Shown in pieces: positions 59,288-64,000 of a DNA stretch of 64,000 nucleotides (positions are counted from its first letter, which is position 1; the number at the start of each line of letters is the position of its first letter). This stretch comes from an uncultured Verrucomicrobiae bacterium (GTDB taxonomy: Bacteria; Verrucomicrobiota; Verrucomicrobiia; Chthoniobacterales; JAFAMB01). The stretch is from NCBI GenBank assembly GCA_963837955.1, contig CAWIPH010000002.1, positions 3,168,001 to 3,232,000 on the forward strand, read 5' to 3'. A program made the position numbers and the translations under genes. The notes beneath the pieces are model-generated. The model was not told where the DNA came from and made no database searches. It was given only the letters and a program-made list of their open reading frames with translations.

Positions 59288-61189
59288 CTACCGATTTCTC
59301 ATCCAGATCTGCATTTCGCCAGCTCCGCGATTGCCCCACGCGAAATAGGGTATCGCGGTTACATCGACGGTTTCGATTTCGGGTGGCCTATTCGCGTAAA
59401 GACTTCTGTTTTCGTCTGGCCTTTCGCGAGCAGCACGGCCGTGCAGCGTGACTACTCCCTTCAACAAATCCTTGGACTCTGCTGACCGAAACTGCTCCTC
59501 ACCGGAAATAACAAGTCGGTCGAGGTTGGTACCGTTGTCTGCCTCCTCAAAACAATAAACCAGCGGTCCGCGCATAAGAGCCACCCTTCCTCGATCAGCA
59601 TCGACTTCGAATCGGGCGAACATCTTCCTGATCGGCATTTCAAATTGCAAATCGACTTGGTCGCCAGTTTGCCAGGTCCGGCGAAGATAAATATAACCCT
59701 CCGCGGGTTCAGATTTATCTTCCGCTCCGTTCACCGAAACCTTGGTTGCACCCGCCCACCCTGGTACCCGAAATGCCAGAGTTTTCTCGCGCGGTTCGTC
59801 AACGGTAATCTTGACTCGGTTTTCGCCGGAAAAGGGGAAACCACTTTGGAGCCCGAGGTGAAAGCCATCGGATGTAACCTCTGCGGTTATATAGTGATGG
59901 ATGGCGATAGCTCCTTCTTTTTCACTGATCACATAACCCGATAGTGAACTGATGAGTCGGGCCAGGTTCGGAGGGCAACAGGGACACCACCACGGCCACG
60001 GAATCCGCCGATGCTGGCCCTGGCTGGCCAACGGGTTATCGTAAAAGAACGTTTCACCGTCCAGACCAATCCCCGACAGGATACAATTGTACAGGGCCAG
60101 CTCCATGATATCGCCAAACTCAGACGAGAGGCGGTTTTGGAGCAGGCGGTGGGCAAACAAGAATAGGCCGATCGAGGCACAAGTCTCTGCATAGGCGCGT
60201 TCGTTCGGCAGATCGTAATCGCGGGTGAACCCTTCATTTTCCGATGCGGAACCGATGCCTCCAGTAATATACAGCTTGGTATCAATGACGTCGCGCCAGA
60301 CCCGCTCGGCGGCTTGGAGCAGACTTGGGTCTCGCGTCTCGAGTCCGACATCGACGACCGCGGAGAACAGATACATGGCACGCACCGCGTGACCGACTAT
60401 TTTCGACTGCTCGCGGATCGGCTGATGCGCTTGCATATAGGCATAGGGGGAACCGGGATGCTCCGGCCGAAATGGTTTCGAGTCGAGCCGGGCCGCCGCT
60501 TCGAGATCAAAAAAATTCGGCTCCTGGCCTCGGCGATCCACAAAAAATCGGCTCAACTCAAAATAGCTAGGTTCGTTGGTCAGATGGTAGAGCCGCATCA
60601 GGGCCAACTCGATTTCCGGATGTCCACAGTAACCGGATATTTGATCGGGACCGGGTCCAAAACGCTTGACCAGAAGGTCGGCGAAACGGCGGGCAACATT
60701 CAGCAGTGACTGCTTGCCCGTCGCTTCATGATGCACAACCGCCGCTTCAATTAAATGACCGGCGCAATAGAGTTCATGGAGATCTCGGAGGTTTTTAAAC
60801 CGATGGCGGGGCCGCCACGTGAGGATATGACTATTTACATAGCCATCTGGAGTTTGGGCCTGTTCGAAGCGGGCGATTATATCGTCCATCGCCCGCTCGA
60901 GACCGTCGTCTTTGACTTGTTCGAGGTATCCCGAAGCTGCTTCGAGCCACTTAGCCAAGTCGGAGTCCCAGAAGATGCTGCCACCCCAATACCAATCATC
61001 GCCGGTCAATCGACCGCGGTGCATTCTTTGATCAAGCTGGAGGGCATCGACGTGCCCTTCCGCGCGCATCTCATCAAGTTGGTGTAACAGGGTCGTCCTT
61101 CCGATCAGGTCTCGCCATTCTTTCCAAAAGCCGCCGTGAATGACGACTCGGCTACGCGGTAAGGGCGACCAACCTACTTCAGACTCCAT
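59288..61189 (-). CDS. Glycoside hydrolase family 127 (beta-L-arabinofuranosidase-like)
   Basis: DSDLAKWLEA, HELYCAGHLIEA, GHPEIELAL, GHAVRAMY, AETCASI, CPCCPPN, AIPYFAWGNR. Confidence 0.94.
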   Translation of the reverse strand: MESEVGWSPLPRSRVVIHGGFWKEWRDLIGRTTLLHQLDEMRAEGHVDALQLDQRMHRGRLTGDDWYWGGSIFWDSDLAKWLEAASGYLEQVKDDGLERAMDDIIARFEQAQTPDGYVNSHILTWRPRHRFKNLRDLHELYCAGHLIEAAVVHHEATGKQSLLNVARRFADLLVKRFGPGPDQISGYCGHPEIELALMRLYHLTNEPSYFELSRFFVDRRGQEPNFFDLEAAARLDSKPFRPEHPGSPYAYMQAHQPIREQSKIVGHAVRAMYLFSAVVDVGLETRDPSLLQAAERVWRDVIDTKLYITGGIGSASENEGFTRDYDLPNERAYAETCASIGLFLFAHRLLQNRLSSEFGDIMELALYNCILSGIGLDGETFFYDNPLASQGQHRRIPWPWWCPCCPPNLARLISSLSGYVISEKEGAIAIHHYITAEVTSDGFHLGLQSGFPFSGENRVKITVDEPREKTLAFRVPGWAGATKVSVNGAEDKSEPAEGYIYLRRTWQTGDQVDLQFEMPIRKMFARFEVDADRGRVALMRGPLVYCFEEADNGTNLDRLVISGEEQFRSAESKDLLKGVVTLHGRAARERPDENRSLYANRPPEIETVDVTAIPYFAWGNRGAGEMQIWMRNR

Positions 61190-61267
61190 ATCTATTTTCT
61201 ATTGAAGATCCGGCAGATCCACAACTACACTGGAACGTAGAAAGGCCGGACGATTCCGACTTTTACC

Positions 61268-62113
61268 ATGCCCCCTGATCTAGTATGCAATCCAGCTCAG
61301 CTCCGAATCAGCACGGGAACTCGATTGTCTGCTGCTAATGCAGGTCTGCTAGTATCCCCTGGAGGCCGTTCCCATCCGGAGCGCTGCATCGCAACATACG
61401 AACTCATTTTTGCCCGGTCCGGCGTGCTCCGACTATGGGAAGAGGAGCGCCAAATCGTTCTCCCACCTCATCACGCGTTAATTTTGTGGCCCGGGCGTCG
61501 TCACGGTCCAGCAGCACCCTATGAACCTCGTACGTCGTTCTATTGGTTGCACTTTCATCTCGAAGAAGAGGATAGCTCTCTCAGTTTTGTCACGGTCCCA
61601 CAAGTGACCTACCTCTCACAACCACTCCGATTAGTGGAGCTGCTGCGTCGCTTTCTTGACGACCAGGAGAACCGACGTCTTGAGTCCAATTACGCCAGTG
61701 CACTGGTTAAACTGATGCTGCTGGAGATCGCGACTCAGATCGGAAGCCACCATGGCGATGCGCCACAACAAGGTCGAAAACTAGCGGCTATTGCGCAGAC
61801 GGCGCTGGGTAAAAGATTTCGGGAACCGATTGCGACATCCGAGATTGCTCGGATGCTCCACTGCAATCCCGATTATCTCGGGCGAGTTTATCGAGAGACC
61901 TTCGGCTGCAGCTTAACGACCGGAATTCATCGAGTCCGAATGCATCACGCTAAAAACCTGCTTCTCTTGAGTTCTCTGACCGTGAAAGAGGTTTCTTTGG
62001 CGTGCGGCTACGAAAATCCCGACTACTTTCGGCGTATGTTCCGCCGGTTCTTCGATATGCAGCCAAATCAGTTTCGGCTCTTGCATCCCCAACAACACAC
62101 GAATGCGGTCTGA
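61268..62113 (+). CDS. AraC-family transcriptional regulator
   Basis: N-terminal cupin-like domain; C-terminal NPDYLGRVYR and VKEVSLACGYENPDYFRRMF. Confidence 0.93.
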   Translation: MPPDLVCNPAQLRISTGTRLSAANAGLLVSPGGRSHPERCIATYELIFARSGVLRLWEEERQIVLPPHHALILWPGRRHGPAAPYEPRTSFYWLHFHLEEEDSSLSFVTVPQVTYLSQPLRLVELLRRFLDDQENRRLESNYASALVKLMLLEIATQIGSHHGDAPQQGRKLAAIAQTALGKRFREPIATSEIARMLHCNPDYLGRVYRETFGCSLTTGIHRVRMHHAKNLLLLSSLTVKEVSLACGYENPDYFRRMFRRFFDMQPNQFRLLHPQQHTNAV

Positions 62114-62125
62114 TGGGATCGCGTC

Positions 62126-62265
62126 CCCCGGGCGCGGAGGGGCGTTGCTTGCGACGCCCGGGAATGGCCCGCGGTTCACCGAGTGCTCGAGACCAGGGAT
62201 TCGCCAGCTCTGCTAATCGTGGATTATTCCCGGGAGCCGCAAGCGGCTCCCCTCCGCGCTTGGGG
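62126..62265. repeat. REP doublet with 40-bp inverted arms between convergent genes
   Basis: 62126-62165 and 62226-62265 match at 33/40 in inverted orientation; each arm carries an internal hairpin. Confidence 0.85.
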
Positions 62266-62282
62266 TCCGCCCAATAAAACGG

Positions 62283-63314
62283 CTAAGAAACCCGAACCGC
62301 CGTCCATCGCCCCGTTTCGCAACTCTCCACAGCGGCAAGGACCATGGCCAAGCTTTGAATATTATCCGCCGAATTGGTCTCTGGCATCGGTCCGCCGCGG
62401 ACCGCTTGGACGAACTGGTTCATCACGCTGAAATGACCACGAGTCTCGAACGCTGCAGGATCATCTTTTGGCAAGACCGGTTGCGTCTCATTCAAAAAAA
62501 CTCCTTCCTGAAACAACAGCCGTTCGGCTCTGACATCCTCATTGCCATCCCATAAAAGCGTCCCTTCCGTCCCGATTATCCGCCATGTTCCATCCCAAGA
62601 AGTTCGAAACCCGTCTGCACACCAGCTGGCTCGGTAAGTGAATCGAACGTCGTTAGCCATCCGGAAGACTGCGATCACAGACGGACCGCTTCGATACCAG
62701 GAATTCTTTGGCACCCATTCTTCGCAGAAGACCGCTTCGGCATCCGTGCCCAGCAAGAAGCGCGCGGCGTCAAACGGATGAATTGCCATATCGGCTAGCA
62801 ACACGTGCAGCATGCTCTCCCGGAATCCCCCGAAATGAGGGCCGGCAAAGAAATCAACGTGCACAGTTGTTACATCTCCGATCACCTTTGCTTCAATCAT
62901 CTTTTGCATCTGCCGGATTCCCCGATTGAAGCGCCGGTTCTGTACTACGGCGTGCACTCGCGTGTTGCGCCGAGCCAGATCGACCAGATCGGACGCGTCG
63001 CTGAGAGTCAAAGCGAGCGGTTTTTCCTCAAGCACATGGAGTCCTGCTTCCAGAGCCGCTCCGGAGACTTCTCGATGAGCCGCCGGAATCGTGCAGTCGA
63101 ATACAGCATCAGCCGCAATCGAACCGAAGATCTCTCGAAAATCGGTATAAATCGGGGCCGAGATATTAAACTCGTTGCGCCGTTTTTCGGCGTTACGCTG
63201 ATCGATATCGACCAGCGCAACGATTTGAACTTCAAGCTCGCTCGCCGCTCGGAGCCACTCGCCACTCATGGCTCCGCAGCCGACTAAAATCGCGTTGACT
63301 GGGCTGCTTTTCAT
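62283..63314 (-). CDS. Gfo/Idh/MocA-family oxidoreductase
   Basis: LVGCGAM, HVLEEKPLA, QNRRF, LADMAIHPFD. Confidence 0.93.
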   Translation of the reverse strand: MKSSPVNAILVGCGAMSGEWLRAASELEVQIVALVDIDQRNAEKRRNEFNISAPIYTDFREIFGSIAADAVFDCTIPAAHREVSGAALEAGLHVLEEKPLALTLSDASDLVDLARRNTRVHAVVQNRRFNRGIRQMQKMIEAKVIGDVTTVHVDFFAGPHFGGFRESMLHVLLADMAIHPFDAARFLLGTDAEAVFCEEWVPKNSWYRSGPSVIAVFRMANDVRFTYRASWCADGFRTSWDGTWRIIGTEGTLLWDGNEDVRAERLLFQEGVFLNETQPVLPKDDPAAFETRGHFSVMNQFVQAVRGGPMPETNSADNIQSLAMVLAAVESCETGRWTAVRVS

Positions 63315-63356
63315 CCGGGGCGCTGCACCGATAAGAGAAGTACTCCTCGGCTAGCC

Positions 63357-64000
63357 TTATTTCTTTTCTGCAACCGACTTAATTTTCTCCGCTGCTTCGG
63401 ACAGGGCCGCATCCACCGGCGACTGTCCAGTCAAAGCCTTCTGGATAGCAGTACGAGCAGCCAAAGAGATGGCCGGGTAATTAGCTCCGCCTTCTTCCGG
63501 CCGCGCCCTGGCGGTGTCCATTTGGAGCACAAATGGCTGAAGTTCAGCGTTCGCCTCACCTTGTTTTATGGCGACACTTCGAACCGATGATATGTAGTTA
63601 AAAGTATTACAGAGCTTTTCCAAACGAGCCGAATCCTGGACGAATGCGATGAACTTCATCGCAGCTGCTTCGGTCTTGTCGTCGGTCTTAGAGACGCACC
63701 AGACTTCGCCGCCGAGCGGGACCACCGGTTTCATCCCCGCCTTCGGAACCGGAATCGGGGACACACCGAAGTCCAATCCGCTTTTGTGGACTTGGCCCAG
63801 CATCCAGGGTCCCATCACCATCATAGCCGCGCGGCCACTGATGAATTGGTCCGCCACATCTCCTTGGTTCCAGTTTACCACATCGCGCGAGACCGATCCT
63901 TTCTGGACAAAGTCGACCCAAAACTGGAGCGCTACTTTCGCCGGCGCAGCGGTCAGGTCAAGCAGCTTACCGCCGTTGGACCAAAGGAATGGTTCCCATT
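63357..64000 (-). CDS. Sugar ABC transporter substrate-binding protein (5' end outside window)
   Basis: Frame open to window edge (WEPFLWSNGG...); FISGRAAMMVMGPW, PLGGEVW, AIQKALTG. Confidence 0.88.
   Translation of the reverse strand, partial: WEPFLWSNGGKLLDLTAAPAKVALQFWVDFVQKGSVSRDVVNWNQGDVADQFISGRAAMMVMGPWMLGQVHKSGLDFGVSPIPVPKAGMKPVVPLGGEVWCVSKTDDKTEAAAMKFIAFVQDSARLEKLCNTFNYISSVRSVAIKQGEANAELQPFVLQMDTARARPEEGGANYPAISLAARTAIQKALTGQSPVDAALSEAAEKIKSVAEKK

Overview
64 kb of bacterial chromosome. The gene content and intergenic repeat style suggest a soil Verrucomicrobiota (Chthoniobacterales-like) genome, but this is inference. Housekeeping and envelope genes include aceB, ygfZ, a cyclophilin, tRNA-Tyr, alpha-2-macroglobulin/pbpC, lhgO and a NiCoT permease. 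Four things stand out. (1) A ~19 kb biosynthetic locus encodes a single-module highly reducing type I PKS (KS-AT-DH-cMT-ER-KR-ACP, no TE), a stand-alone condensation-domain protein, a fatty-acid desaturase, an ABC exporter and a LolA-like protein, with a divergent AsnB amidotransferase, two exported amidases and a TPR protein. (2) A bufferin-type MNIO RiPP locus has a Cys-rich precursor, DoxX, DUF692 and a partner protein, and its enzyme pair is bracketed by inverted copies of a composite repeat. (3) Several REP/REPIN-like palindromic families are present: an array behind tRNA-Tyr enclosing a GIY-YIG nuclease that the ORF track missed, a mini-element nested twice inside other repeats without target duplication, and an IS1182 inserted in a REP loop. 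(4) An edge-truncated caspase-like protein lacks its catalytic Cys and was also missed by the ORF track. The window also holds two ArsR-SRPBCC operons, an orphan flavin-dependent halogenase-like gene, a multiply frameshifted alpha/beta-hydrolase and a GH127 sugar-utilisation locus. All calls come from reading motifs by eye; no searches were run.
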